Origin: Vicugna vicugna
Taxonomy: Eukaryota
Reading direction: 5' to 3'
Assembly: GCA_013265495.1 (NCBI GenBank)
Contig: MU058423.1
Span: 5,934,745-5,985,648 of the forward strand
Length of the DNA: 50,904 nt
Shown here in pieces: positions 25,950 to 38,790 of this stretch. A program made the translations under genes and the position numbers. Position 1 is the stretch's first letter, and the number at the start of each line of letters is the position of its first letter. The notes under the pieces were generated by a model, which worked only from the letters and a program-made list of their open reading frames with translations, searched no databases and was not told the DNA's origin.

Positions 25950-28120
25950 AAAGTGATTTGGGAAATGAGAATATTCAGATGTTCAAATAAAAATTCACTC
26001 ATGTACAGCTGACAAACAGAATAAATACTAGGCACAACACAGCTGAAAAAAAAAGATGTGGTGAAGTGGAGAATAAACATAAATAGTCTGAAATGAAGCA
26101 CAAAGGGAAATAACTGTGGGTAGGATAAGTAGCTCCACCACATAGTTAAAAGAAGTTATTGAGGGAGGGAATATTGATAACAGAGAGTAAAGGAATATTT
26201 GGAGACTTTTAAAGATGATGGAATATTATGATTAAATATTTTCTAGCACTAAATAATGTTTAAGTCCTCATACTAGAAGCATTACCAGATTACATTAGGA
26301 GAGCTAAGTAAACTTTAGAAAAATCATCACTTAGCCATTATATACTGAAGTTGTAGAACATCAAATATAAAGACAAATATAAAAATCAAAGTGAAAAGAC
26401 TGATCTGTAAAAGCAGAACAATCAAATTATAGAGAGATTTTATGAGCAGGAATGAATCAGTAAACACTGGAGTCACAGTTTCAGAGTGAAGTGGAAAATA
26501 ACAGTAAATTGGAATTCAGTTACTTTTTACTGTTGTTCAAGTGCAAGGGTACACTGTCAACTTTTTGGGAAAACGATGCAAAAATGCACTACCCAGAGAC
26601 CCTCAATGAATGGATTACTAAAGATTACCACCCATTACTATGAAAAAGTAATACAACAGAAAAATTAATCCAAAATTAAAACAAGGAGAAGGGAAGCTAT
26701 GGTAAACAAAGAAATTCATATAGCAAATTAGAAGGAATGAATAATATTTATTATAAACATAAAATAGATAAAAAATAATAATGTAAATTTCCTATTCAAA
26801 GCAGACTGAAATGAAAAGTATAGACAAATAATTTAGAAAAGGAAAAGAGAAGTTCAAAGAGAAATCATTCCACTCTGATTTTTTTCCTTATTCTACAAGA
26901 GGCCAAATATTCTAATTAATTTTAATTAGAAATTAATATATTTATATAAAATATTAAATGTGCTATTAGAAAAACTAAATTATATATTTTATAAACCAAT
27001 AAAGAAAATAATCTATGTGAAAAAGACTTTATCAATTCTATAAAATTAAGAAATTGAAAAAAGTAACAAAAACATGGCAAATAAAAAGCACAATTTAAGG
27101 TGATAATAACTGCAATATATTCCTATACTCACTGTAATCACATGTTAATCACATCTATTAAAAATGAGAGCTCCCCTTGTAACTATGTACTGCCCTAAGT
27201 AATAAAACTAAGCACAACTTCACACAGAATAAGTGGAAATTAATTGATGGAGAAAGATACACCTGAAAAAGTAATCTCTCTCCCAAGAAAATTCTTGTGC
27301 CTCAATATTTATAATAAACAAAGAACTTAAGATAAAAATATTAAGTAAAAAAATAGATACTAAGAAAAGTGAGGGTATACAAGTAATATTTTAAAAGTCA
27401 TATATACACATATGTAACTAAAATATAGTCATATAAAGAAAAAAACCCAGATAAAACCTAAACAGTAAGGAGATTCCTCAAAAAACTAAAAATAGAGTTA
27501 TCATATGATCCAGCAATCCCACTCCTTGGCATGTTATCTGGAGAAAACTCTAACTAGAAAAGATACATGAACTCCAATGTTCATAGCAGCACTATTTACA
27601 ATAGTCAAGACATGGATGCAGCCTAAATGTCCATCAACAAATGAATGGATAAAGAAGATGTGGTGTATGTATATATATATATACACATACATATACAATG
27701 GAATAAAAATGATAAAATTATACCATCTGCAGCAACATGGATGGACCTAGAGATTATCATATTAAGTGAAGTAAGTCAGACAGAGAAAGATAAATATCAT
27801 ATACTATTACTTATATATGGAATCTTAAAAAATGATATATATAAACTTATTTACAAACTGGAAACAGAGAACTATATACAATATCTTGCAATAACCTATA
27901 ATGAAAAGAATCTGCAAAAGAATATATACATGTATATGTATAACAGAATCATTCTGCTGTACACCTGGAACTAACACAACATTGTAAATCAACTATACTT
28001 CAATTAAATCCCCCAAAATTTATACAAAATTCACAAATCCACAATTGTAACAGAAAATTACAACATATCCTCTCAGCCAAAATTTATTTAGTATATAAAA
28101 GATTTGTGTGACATAATTTA
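25950..28120 (+). mobile_element. Very old L1M 5' portion (ORF1 to endonuclease region), split by a younger L1
   Basis: ORF1-like 'tatactgaagttgtagaacatcaaatataaagacaaatat' and 'ttcaagtgcaagggt...cactacccagagaccctcaatgaatggattactaaag'. The EN-like 'cacaaatccacaattgtaacagaaaattacaacatatcctctcag' resumes after 28010. Confidence 0.55.
27460..28007 (+). mobile_element. Cetartiodactyl-type L1 3' end (ORF2 C-terminus plus 3' UTR with an internal deletion near 27860)
   Basis: ORF 27645-27974 contains AATWMDLEIIILSEVSQTEKDKYH. It ends 'cattgtaaatcaactatacttcaattaaa'. Confidence 0.9.
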
Positions 28121-28688
28121 AATGCTATCATATGCCTATGAACTGTATCAATAGATTTAGGAAAATAATGTGCAATACTACTCTTGAGTTTCAACTCTAC
28201 TTGATGATGGGGATGTAGAATCTAGAAAGCATTTCTTGCATTTTACAGCATTGAGAAGTAAATATATGTTTTACATATATATTTATTTAATACCAATATT
28301 TAAACATTGACCAATATCAAGTTTTCATATACTATGACAATTTAGGAAGAACAAAATTGAATCAGTTTACTTAATTAAGGTTAATAATTCCCAAATTTAA
28401 GGCTGAATATTTATTATTCAAAACCATTCCCACCATATCCTTAATTAAAATGATTAACTGCATTATCAACTCCTTTTAAGACAAAGGTAGTAGTAGTGTT
28501 TTGGTGTGTGGTAATCCCATCATACATTAGACTAAACTTTTCAGGGACAATTTAGGGCATTAGCAAACAAAATGTCAATATGTGAATAAAGCCCATAAGA
28601 TAGAATTTGAGACAAAAATTTAAACATTCTGGTGGTAACAAAACGTACTAATTATTACATAAACTTAAAGAATGCCTTAAGATTTTTA

Positions 28689-30180
28689 CCCACACATATA
28701 TGGTCAATTAATATATGTTCAGAATATACAATGGAGAAAGGATAATCTCTTCAATAAATGACATTGAGAAAACTGGATAGCTATATGCAGAAGAATGAAA
28801 CCAAACCACTATTTTACACCATACAGAAAAATTAACTCGAAATAGATTAAAGACTTAAATATTAGACCTGAAAACATAAAATTCCTAGATGAAAACATAG
28901 ATGGTAAGTTTTTTGACATAGGTTTTGGCAATCACTTTTTGAATCTGAGATCAAAAGCAAAAGCAACAAAAGAAAAATAAACAAGCAGTACTACCTCATG
29001 TTAAGAAGCTTCTGTATCACAAAGAAAACCATCAATAAAATGAAAATGCAATCTGCTGAATGGGAAAAATATTTGCAACTCACGTATCTGGTAAGGAGTT
29101 AATATACAAAATATAGAAAAAAACTCATACAACCCAACAGTAAAAACAACAACAGCAACAACAACAACAATTTGATTAAAAATAGGCAGAAGATCTAAAT
29201 AGACATTTTTTCCAAAAAAGACATACAGATGACCAACAGTTACATGAAAAGGTGCTTAACATCACTAATCCTCAGGGAAATGCAAATCAAAACCAAAATG
29301 AGATATGACCTCATACCTACTAGAATTGCAGTTATCAAAAGGACAAGAAATAATAAGTGTTGACAAGGATATGGAGAAAAGAAAATCATTTGTGCACAGT
29401 TGGGGGGAATGCAAATTGGTATAGCCACTATAGAAAACAGTATGAATATTTCTCAAAAAATTAAAAGTAGAACTACCATAGAATGATCCAGCAATTCCAC
29501 TCCTGGATATTTTCCAAAGAAAATGAAAACACTAACTTAAAAAGATCTATGCACCCCATGTTCATTGCAGCATTATTTACAACAGCCAAGACATGGAAAC
29601 AACCAAAGTGATGGATGAATGGTTAAAAACATTTTGGCATTTATACAATGAAACATTATTCAGCCATAAAAAAAGAATGAAATCGTGCCATTTGCAACAA
29701 CTTGGATATACTTACTTTGAAGGCATTATACTAACAAATAAGTCAGGCCGAGAAAGACAAGTACTGTATGATCTCACTTACATGAGGAATCTTAAAAAAA
29801 TACAAACTCAGAAAGAGCAAGCTCACAGATACAAAAAATAACCTGGTTATTGCCAGAGGCTGGGGTGTGGGTGATGGGAGAAATGGTGAAGGGGGTCAAA
29901 AGATACAAACTTTCAGTTATAAAGTAAATAAGTCACAGGGATGTAATGTACAGCATGGTGACTATAGTTAATAATTCTGTATTACATATTTGAAAGTTGC
30001 TAAGAAAGCAAATCTTAAAAGCTCTCATCACAAGAGAAAATTTTTGTAACTATGTAAAGTGGCAAATGTTAACTAGATTTATTGTGCTGATCATTTCACA
30101 GTTTATACAAATACTGAACCATGATGTTGTATACCTGAAACTAATATAATGTTATATGTCAATTATACCTCAATAAAAAT
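28689..30180 (+). mobile_element. L1MA9-like element, 5'-truncated (ORF2 3' third plus 3' UTR)
   Basis: ORF2 'ggagaaaggataatctcttcaataaatg...'. The 3' UTR 'gggatgtaatgtacagcatggtgactatagttaataa...cctgaaactaatataatgttatatgtcaattatacctcaataaa' is typical of L1MA8-10. Confidence 0.9.
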
Positions 30181-30214
30181 GAGATTATAAACATGAACAA
30201 AAATATGTTTACTC

Positions 30215-30335
30215 TGAAATCTAGTTGAAGAAATTAAAGGTCAGAAATCATTGCCTATGGTCATGGGGCAGACGTTGAGAGAACTGAGATTCTAATCCAG
30301 GTACACTTGATTTCAAAGCCTAAATTGTTTTCAAG
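30215..30335 (-). mobile_element. MIR fragment
   Basis: 'gaagaaattaaagg...ttgcctatggtcat...gaactgagattctaatccagg...tgatttcaaagcct'. Confidence 0.5.
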
Positions 30336-32488
30336 GATACCTGATACTTCTCTGAAGAAACTGATAATGGATATAATACAACATACAATCTAGTAGCTAT
30401 ATTTAAAATAAGACAAGTGGGATTTAATCATCAGGTCTTATGAACTGTGTTAGCCTGATGAAAAATCAACATTATCTTTTCCAAAGTTTCTTGGAAATAA
30501 GTGCTTTCTAAAATGAGGGAATAAGATGAGAGATAATAAATTAGTTAATAATAAAGATTTTAAAAATTGATTGAAGTTTATTTTGGTTCCTATCATTAAT
30601 TTACTAACTGTTCCATATTAAAGGAGAAGAAAGAAAAAATAAGCACAAGAGAAAACCTTGCAGAGATATCAGCTGGAGAGCTGACTGATGGATTAGATGA
30701 GTACATAGATTACTTTTATTTCAAGTTCCTACACTTACCAGTGAGAACCAGACTGGTCCTTCTTAAGATTCCTAATTTCTAAATTCTTAATTATTCATAG
30801 TTGCACTAGTATGCGGTATTTTATAGGCAAATAATATTTGTTAAAGTGTTCAGTGTGGCAGTATGTGTGTTTCTATATATAGTCCTTTACATTTCAACAG
30901 AAAGTGTAATACATCTATTGAGCATGAATAATTCACAGGAAGACTATATATCTATTTTCTTTGTATTTGTCCAACAATTTACTTCCTTTTGGTAACACTA
31001 ATAAGTCAACATGGAGAGGTCCTGGCATCTTTGCTGCTCCTCTGAGAAAGGAAACCTTTCTAACTTAAAAGGACAATGTATTCATCTAGAATTCTTTTCA
31101 TTTATTATTTAAATGCTCCCTAGAACAATCCACATATCCTTGTATTTGATAAAATATCAGGTTAAGAATAGCTGGGGAGTAATTTTTTACTTCAACTTGA
31201 ATAATTGCTGGAAGACAGTGCAGCAGTAGAAGTTTAAATGATACATCTAAATTACTGTCCTTTAGAGAACTGCAGGAGGAATTTAAATTACAAACCAGAC
31301 AACAAGCTAAATATTGTCAGCTAAGCAGAAGTCTCCCTGAGTTCATCTAAGTTCCTGCTGAGGAGTCTCTTGTTATGTGTCTCATACTAGTTTTCCAATG
31401 ACAAACTTTAGATTTTGTTACACATTTTTCCTATAACTGCATTACTCTATAGGACTGTTAAAAGAATTAAAAGGACAAATAAAGGGTATTGTATGAAACA
31501 AAAAAGAAGGTAGTTGAGTTTTTAAAAGAAAAATTCACGGTAATGCAGGAATTGGGTATGCTTGCAGGCAGAAAAACATGGAATTACATTTGTTAAATAT
31601 TGCAGATTATAAAGAGTATCATTTACATATAAGGCATTTATAGTGGAGTAGCGTTAACAGTTAAGAGAAGAAAGTAAACGATGAGATTGCCTCTGGCCCT
31701 ATCTCCTATCATAACTCCTCTGTGGGATTTTTTTTTCTCCAGATTTTTCTGTTTGTTTGTTTGTGTAAGATAAAACAACATAACAAGCAGCATATAGAAA
31801 GGAATACAAACGTGAAGTGGAGGCTGCTTCAACAGACTGACAGAAAACAGGCACTGATAAAAGTGCAAACACTACTGTTCCTAAAAGCAGTCTATAATTC
31901 ATCTGTACCCAAAGCTGTTAAACACATATACCCCAGCAATAGTCATTAGCAGAAATGGTGCCTTATTACCTTTTAGTAATTTTTATGATATTTGTAATGC
32001 AAGTATCAGTGTATGTCTATCCCAGCTAAGAACTGTCCTTTAAGACTCAGGCTAGGCTATTTATCTCAGGTTGTTTTCCTCTGATTAGCTTCATGACAAT
32101 AAACACATATCCACATGTTCCATAGTCTGACCATAAATGCAGATGTGAGTGAAGCAGGCTCTAGCCAAAGGGCAACGTTGGAATCAACATAAGTCAGCTG
32201 CAGGATAATAAACCAGGGTAAATGCTCACTGCAGATCCCTTACTGTTGGGGAGAGACAACATCTCAGGCAGCAAGCTTAGCAATCAACAAGACCAGAGAG
32301 TATCCAGTTGCTGTCAAGAGCCTCAAGAATTTTCCTTCTTAGAAGGCTTGATGCATGTAATGGTCAATACCAGGAGTAATTAGGTGATTTACTCTCTACT
32401 TCACAATAAGTAATCATGCTTAGTCAAAAATTATAAACCAAATCTTGTATTATCCTAGCAAATTTACATTTTCCTGATTTTTAAGGAC

Positions 32489-32817
32489 TTTTTTTTTTTA
32501 CAGCAGTTTTAAGTTCATGGTAAAACTGAAAGGAAAGTACAGAAATTTGAACTTATACTGACACATCATTATCACCTAGTCATAGTTCACATTAAGTTTC
32601 ACCCTTGGTGCTACACCTTCTCTGAGTTTGAACAAATGTATAGCATGTATCCACCATTATGGAATCATACAGAATGTTTCCACTGTCCTAAAAATCTTCT
32701 GTGCTCCAGCTATTCATCCTTCCCTCCCTCTAATCCCTGGCAACCAATGATCTTTTTCATTGTCTACATAGTTTTGCCTTTTACAGAATGTCAAATAGCA
32801 AGAATCATATAGTACAG
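32489..32817 (-). mobile_element. L1MC1-like 3' end
   Basis: T-run followed by 'cagcagttttaagttcatggtaaaactgaaaggaaagtacag...ctgacacatcattatcacc...cctaaaaatcttctgtgctcc...cctggcaaccaatgatc'. Confidence 0.85.
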
Positions 32818-32849
32818 ATTATTTTGATGGAAAAAGAAAAAATATTTCC

Positions 32850-33460
32850 TATACTTTGTCTTCATAATCCTATTCCTTTGCATCCACCCTTATAGGTAAA
32901 CACTATCATTAATTTGGATGTGTACAAGGCTATTTGATACATATGTATATGAATATATTATATTTTAATTTTTAATTAAAATTCCAAAAATGATATTTCC
33001 TGAAACTTATTTTTCATGGGAAGTATTACCATTGAAAATTATCCATAATAAGTGAATATCTAAACTTTTAACCAGTCCCATATTAACAAATGCTTATTTC
33101 TTTCAAAGTTCTATGATTAACAAAACACTGAAATGATATCATTATATGTTTCCTTATTTAAATCCATCGGATGTCTCTAGTTTATATTTTTAATTTGAAT
33201 CAGTATGAAGAGATTTGCACAGTTACAAAACAGCACTCCAAGGTGGTAAGGCGGTTTTACAAAAAAACGTAACCTCCCACAAGCAATTGTTAAAGAGTTC
33301 TTATTTTCAAAAGGTTTTTATTCCCTATATAGATTTTCTCCTTTTTTCTTTTGTTTAGTTGTTGATTGAATTCTAGTTCCTGACATTTTATTAGATTTTT
33401 TTAATTGAAGATATTAATCTTTTGCCTGATATGTGGGCGTATTACTCAAAATGTTGTTTA
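32850..33460 (-). mobile_element. Very old L1ME-like relic
   Basis: 'ataggtaaacactatcattaatttggatgtg' and 'tttaaccagtcccatattaac...' are degenerate L1ME 3' motifs. Confidence 0.4.
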
Positions 33461-34407
33461 TTTTATTTTTTTTATTTTTGATCACTCTTGTCTTGCTACA
33501 TGAATGCCTATTTTATTTGCTGTTTCCTAAAATCATCTTCTGATATTTTTGATCCTTATTTTATGCCATTTCAATATTGTTATTACTGGCTTTTACTTAC
33601 AAAAGGTTAATACAGTTATTATTTTATAGCCTGTGATTTAAAAACTGAGCTCATGTTAAATATTATTCTTCTTTAAATTAATGGATTCAAAATTATAATA
33701 ATTCCTTTAAATTCCTCTTACATTGTAATACACAAGTTTTTATTTTATATAAAGTCTCCCTTGTCATTCATTGCTAAACATTTCAATGTCTAATGTAATT
33801 TTGTTAATCCATTATGTATTTAGACTTTAATAATTAACTTTCTTATTATACTGCATTTTCAGTCAGAGAATATGTCTTTCAGATATTGTGTCTTATTTTT
33901 CACTTTATTTTGTTGATTCCATTGATGCTCACTGTGTAATTTTTTTGGATAAAAGGTTCTAAAATATATTTTAAATTAATTACATTTATTACAGTATTTA
34001 ACTATTCTGAATCCTTAGAAAAGCTGATAGCTTTGTCTATCAGCTTCTAATTAAGTCCTTTTATAATCTATCACAATCTTTTTTAGGTTCTTTCAGTTTG
34101 TGGAATTTGGTTTACATATTTCATCTATTTTTTTAAGTTAATATAAGTTTGTAACAGCTATATTGTTTTATGGGATGTCTTATTTTGTGGTACTACTCTG
34201 CAACCCTATAAATTCCTTTCAACTTAAGTACTATGAGTCTATGTTTATGGGATTGTTAGGCAACTTTCTGGACATGATCCAAGTTCATTCTTGCCAGTTA
34301 GTTCAGTAATAGTCCAATTTGTACTAATTTGCAAATGGCCCATTAGTTGAACAAACATTTCTTTAAACTTACTTTATCTAACAAGTTGGTTTTAATTAAC
34401 CAGTTTT

Positions 34408-34547
34408 GGGCCCATTTTTTAATTAGCTTGTTTTCTTATTGTTCAGTTTTATGAGTTCTCTGTATATTTTGGATAACATTTCTTTATCAGATTTATCTTT
34501 TGCAAACATTTTCTCCCAGTTTGTGGCTTATCTTCTCATTCTCTTAA
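34408..34547 (-). mobile_element. L1 ORF2 fragment (L1MC-like)
   Basis: 'gcccattttttaatt...agttctctgtatattttggataac...tttatcagat...tttgcaaacattttctcccagtttgtggcttatcttctcattctcttaa'. Confidence 0.8.
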
Positions 34548-35382
34548 TTTTCTTCAGACAGTTCTTGCCAGCCCAATAGTTGTTTTGGTGAATGGACTGA
34601 TTCCTGGAGCTCCTATTCTGCTGTCTTCCATCACATTATTTTCCATACTATTTTCTTTTTCCTCTGCTAATGGATAACTCATTTTCTTAATGGGCTATAC
34701 CATTCTCATTGTTCCAATTGCTGTATTATTTTTTATAATATGAAATTTGAAAGGGAAAAGAAATACTTTGCTATTTGTTCAGTATACAATTACCTTACAG
34801 AAGCATTTGCTATATTAACTGTAAACTACTCTCTGCAGCTACCTTTACTTTATTTTACCACTGTTTGCATTGCCTATTAAAACCTGTGGAAGAAAAAAGA
34901 AATTATACATTTTCATGGCCAGGGAACAACTCAATCTTAGTGGAAAGAAAAATGTATTGAAGCCAATCGAAGCCAAAAGAAACAGAACACTTTTTGTTTT
35001 CAGAACTACTCCTGGTCTTACACAGGTCTCAGATAATTTATACTTCTTCAAGCCCTGAACAAACCCTCTAGCTACTCCTGGATTTCTGCTTCCAATTTCA
35101 AAGCTTGCTCCCAAGTGAAGCAAAGAGAATTAGACTTAAAATATTCCCACTGGGAGAACTGGCTTCTGTTTTCTTCCTTAAAACTTTTCTTCCCAGTCAT
35201 ATGGGTTATTATGAACAGCATATTTGATTGTATCTATGCTCTTAATATCACAGAATGCAAATAGCAGAAGATATTTTAGATTTATAAGGTCAATGGTTTT
35301 TAAACTTTATTAAATCAATGGGATTTTTCACACCGAACTTACAAGCATATGTTTATGTGTAAGTTTACGTGTGTGTAAGAAA

Positions 35383-35410
35383 GTGTGTGTGTGTATGTGT
35401 GTATGTGTGT
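35383..35410. repeat. Imperfect (TG)n microsatellite
   Basis: Read directly from the sequence. Confidence 0.85.
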
Positions 35411-35794
35411 AAAAATAGGGTTCTTCAAATAACAAAAGACCCCCACGCACGTAATCTCCTTACCCACTTAGCCCCTTCAGGCAATCCTTAAAACACCTCT
35501 GAGTAATCATCTGACTAGTCTAGACATAATTGAAACTACTTACATAATTTTATCTCAGACAGTATTAGAAACTAACATACAAAAAGTGGTAAGTGATCTA
35601 TTCAAGATCCACACTGCATTAAGAAATGAACAGTGCATATATTCTATACATATTGACCACTCTGGTTTTGTTCTTATTTTCATAGTTTTTGATTAACTGA
35701 AGTCTATGTTGGGACACAAAGCTCAGTAATTTGAAATGATGAGAGAAATGTTGAATTTATGATTTCATGTATATATAAAATAGGTGATCAAAAT

Positions 35795-36230
35795 ATTAGC
35801 TTCAGTCAAGGTTTTACAGACTGCAAAAACAGAATTCAAGCTAATGTAAGGAAGGAAAGCATATGCTGAAATATCTTGTAATAATTCAAGTACAGTATAA
35901 TTTCATAAATGGCAGGAACTAGAAAATCATCAGAAATCCAGAACCCAGGCTATTGTTTCCTCATGCATTTTATTTTTGCTGCTATTCTGTGACTCTGTTT
36001 AATTATCTTCTATCATCCATGATTTAATTCTCCATGCACACAGAAACAACAGAAGGATGCCACAGGGTCTAATAGCAGCCTCACTAGATTTTATCCTTTG
36101 CATCCTTTGCTCCTGCAATTTGTCCCAAATGAATTTCAAACTTCCAAAAGAATGTGATTGGACTGGCTCAGATGAAGTGAATTCCCGTGGCCCAATTAAT
36201 TGCAGCTAATGAGTTTGCTGTAAGGTTGAG
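35795..36230 (-). mobile_element. Old MaLR LTR (MLT1J/K/L-like), degenerate
   Basis: 'gactgcaaaaacagaattcaagctaatgtaagg' and 'aagaatgtgattggactggctcagatgaagtg...ggcccaattaattgcagct'. Confidence 0.5.
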
Positions 36231-36279
36231 TAAAGTAGTTTACTGAAAATTCAGTTTATAGTCTTGTAAAAAGTAAGCA

Positions 36280-36617
36280 TTGGGGAAAGGCAATGAATAG
36301 GCAGAGCACAGAGGATTTTAGAGCACTGAAAATACTCTGTATGAAAGTATAATGAGGTATATATGTCATTATACATTTGTCAAAATTTATAGCATATACA
36401 ACACCAAGAGTGAAACGTGAGGTAAACTATGGATTTGAGTGATTATGATGTGACAATGTAGGTTCATCCCTGTTAAAAAAATGTACCATTCTGGTGAGTG
36501 ATTTTGATAACTGAAGACGCTATGTATGCGTACAGGCAGGGATTATAGGGGAAATTTCTGCACCTTCCTCTCAAATTTGTTATAAGCATAAAGCTGCTCT
36601 AAGAGAATCTTTTAAAA
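36280..36617 (+). mobile_element. L1MC1-like 3' end
   Basis: 'atgaataggcagagcacagaggattttag...acaacaccaagagtgaa...gtaaactatggatttgagtgattatgatgtgacaatgtaggttcatc...aaagctgctctaa'. Confidence 0.85.
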
Positions 36618-38334
36618 TATAATGTAAAATAGAGTAAACAATAAATCTTCATTATTATCTTCCTTGTCACCATTATATGCACACTGATGGTGAAGGATAA
36701 TCTTCTAACTCTAATTTACATGTTTATTCTAAAGCAATATGCAAACACAGCATTGTAAATGGTCTGAGAAATACGAAAATCTAAAATGTAATACTCTGAT
36801 GCACTACTCCAAAAAGTGAACCTTGTAAAGCATGTTCATAAAAAAATAACAATAGTGATCAAATATAGATGATTTCAATTTATTGAATTAATACCAGTTA
36901 CAGCTAGAATAGTATGTAACCAATAATATATATAATCCCTAAGAATAGGAGTTTGGTCTCTACTTTTTTTCTTACTGTCTAATTTTTGAATTCTGACTCA
37001 TTACAGTCTTTGGAAAAGCTTCAGCAAAAGCGTTTCTACTTAACCCAAAATAAGATGTCATATCCTAAGTGTTATAGGCAATGTGTTATTTAAAAGTGGA
37101 AGGACTGCTAATTATTGGGGATGCTCACATGGCTGAGACTGAATCTGAGAGTCAATGCTGCTGCTCAACAAAGCACTGAGACAGTTTGAACACTTTTGAA
37201 GGATAAAATTGGAGGACTCAGAGCATTTGCAGCCTAAGGCTATGGCATGAAGAAGCCACAACATTGCCTAGAAACCACAAAACTGTTTAAAGTAACATTG
37301 TGGGAGTAGGGGAAAAAGTGTTTAGAAGTGTTTGATTTTTTAATATTTCTGAGTACACAAAGGATAAAAAGTTTTGAAATGCAGCATTACCATATCTGAA
37401 TCAGTTTAGTGTCTGTATTACAAAAATCTCTTTGGGTTTGTATGAGAGAAACCGTAGTGGAAACATCAAGGGAAAAGAGCATCACTTTTTTCACATTAGA
37501 ACATTCTGAGACTTTACAACTGAATATGTTTCTTCAATTTTAATTCAGAGACACATAGATACAGGGACAAATTTACCTAATGCCTTGCTTTCAAATTTAA
37601 TGGCATATTTAATAAAATCACATCCAGTTAAACAGGCTATGAAGTCTTGCTCCCTTGAATTGCATTAGTATATCTCATTAATTCATAAGGCTGTTAGACT
37701 TTCTTAGTATTTGTGGCCCCAGTCTTATAAACGAGTTGCTGGCACCAGAGGCTCTGTCACCCAGCAAGCTTTGTTAAAATTACTGCAGCTTAAGAGCCCT
37801 CACATTGGACTTGTTTACTTCCTATAGCTGAAATTAACCATGGTGCCTATTAGTCCAAAAGAAACAAAAATTTCAAATTAAAGCCTCAGTACTTCTCATT
37901 TCTTATGGAACCCTTACATCAAATGTATTCACAAAGAGGTGGGTAAAGGCATTGAACTATTCAAATCACAGTCAAGTTTTAATAGGATACTACTGCTGTC
38001 TCCTTTCTGTAAGATTTCAAAAGCAGCAACAAAGACAACATTAAATCCTAACCTTCCTTGTGTTAATATTCAATCTAGTGTGCAATTTTGATCTTCAAGA
38101 GATAGATGAAGTATTTTTTTAACTGAGAAATAATGCTAGCACTTGAGTGAGAAATGTATTATGCAAATTTGATAAAGGGGTGGAGTAGATCTAGCTCCCC
38201 AATTTACTACAAAAAAAAAAAATGACATGGGTCCAAGAGGCCAAATTTATTTTCCTAGAGAAAGACACGCCAAAGTATCTCAAGCAGATTTTGTACCATT
38301 AACTAAATCCTTACTATCTGTTAGAAAAGATGCA

Positions 38335-38500
38335 GTATGTTTTACCTGCCTTATCTCTATTAACTCTAATTCAAAATTGTGGGGTAAGTACTACTACCTC
38401 ATTTTATAGATGAGAAAAACTGAAGTGTAGAGAAGTAAATCGTTCAAAGTCACAGAGCCAGTTGACGGTAAAGCTGTGACTTCAACCCCACTCTACAGGA
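38335..38500 (-). mobile_element. MIR SINE
   Basis: 'ctcattttatagatgagaaaaactgaagtgtagagaagtaaa...caaagtcacagagccagt...gacttcaaccc'. Confidence 0.75.
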
Positions 38501-38519
38501 CTCTATACCCTCAGATCAT

Positions 38520-38790
38520 TTTTTTTTAAGTTAAACTATTTTATATCAAATTTTTCTATCAAAATAACTATGTTCTGAAAATTCAATGAATTTAGTATAT
38601 TTTAGTCTATTTTAAAACATTCTCATATCCTAAAAAGAAAAATGGTGCCCACCCCTCTTCCTAGGTAACTATTACTCTATTTTCTAATTCTGCAGATGTG
38701 TTTTTCTGATCAGTTCATACAACATGTATTGTTTTATGTCTGACTTCTTTCACAAAGCATAGTGTCCTAAGAATTTTTAAAGTTTATTGT
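38520..38790 (-). mobile_element. Old L1MB/ME 3' relic
   Basis: 'ttcaatgaatttagtatatt...ttttaaaacattctcat...cctaggtaactattactcta...tgtctgacttctttcac'. Confidence 0.5.
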
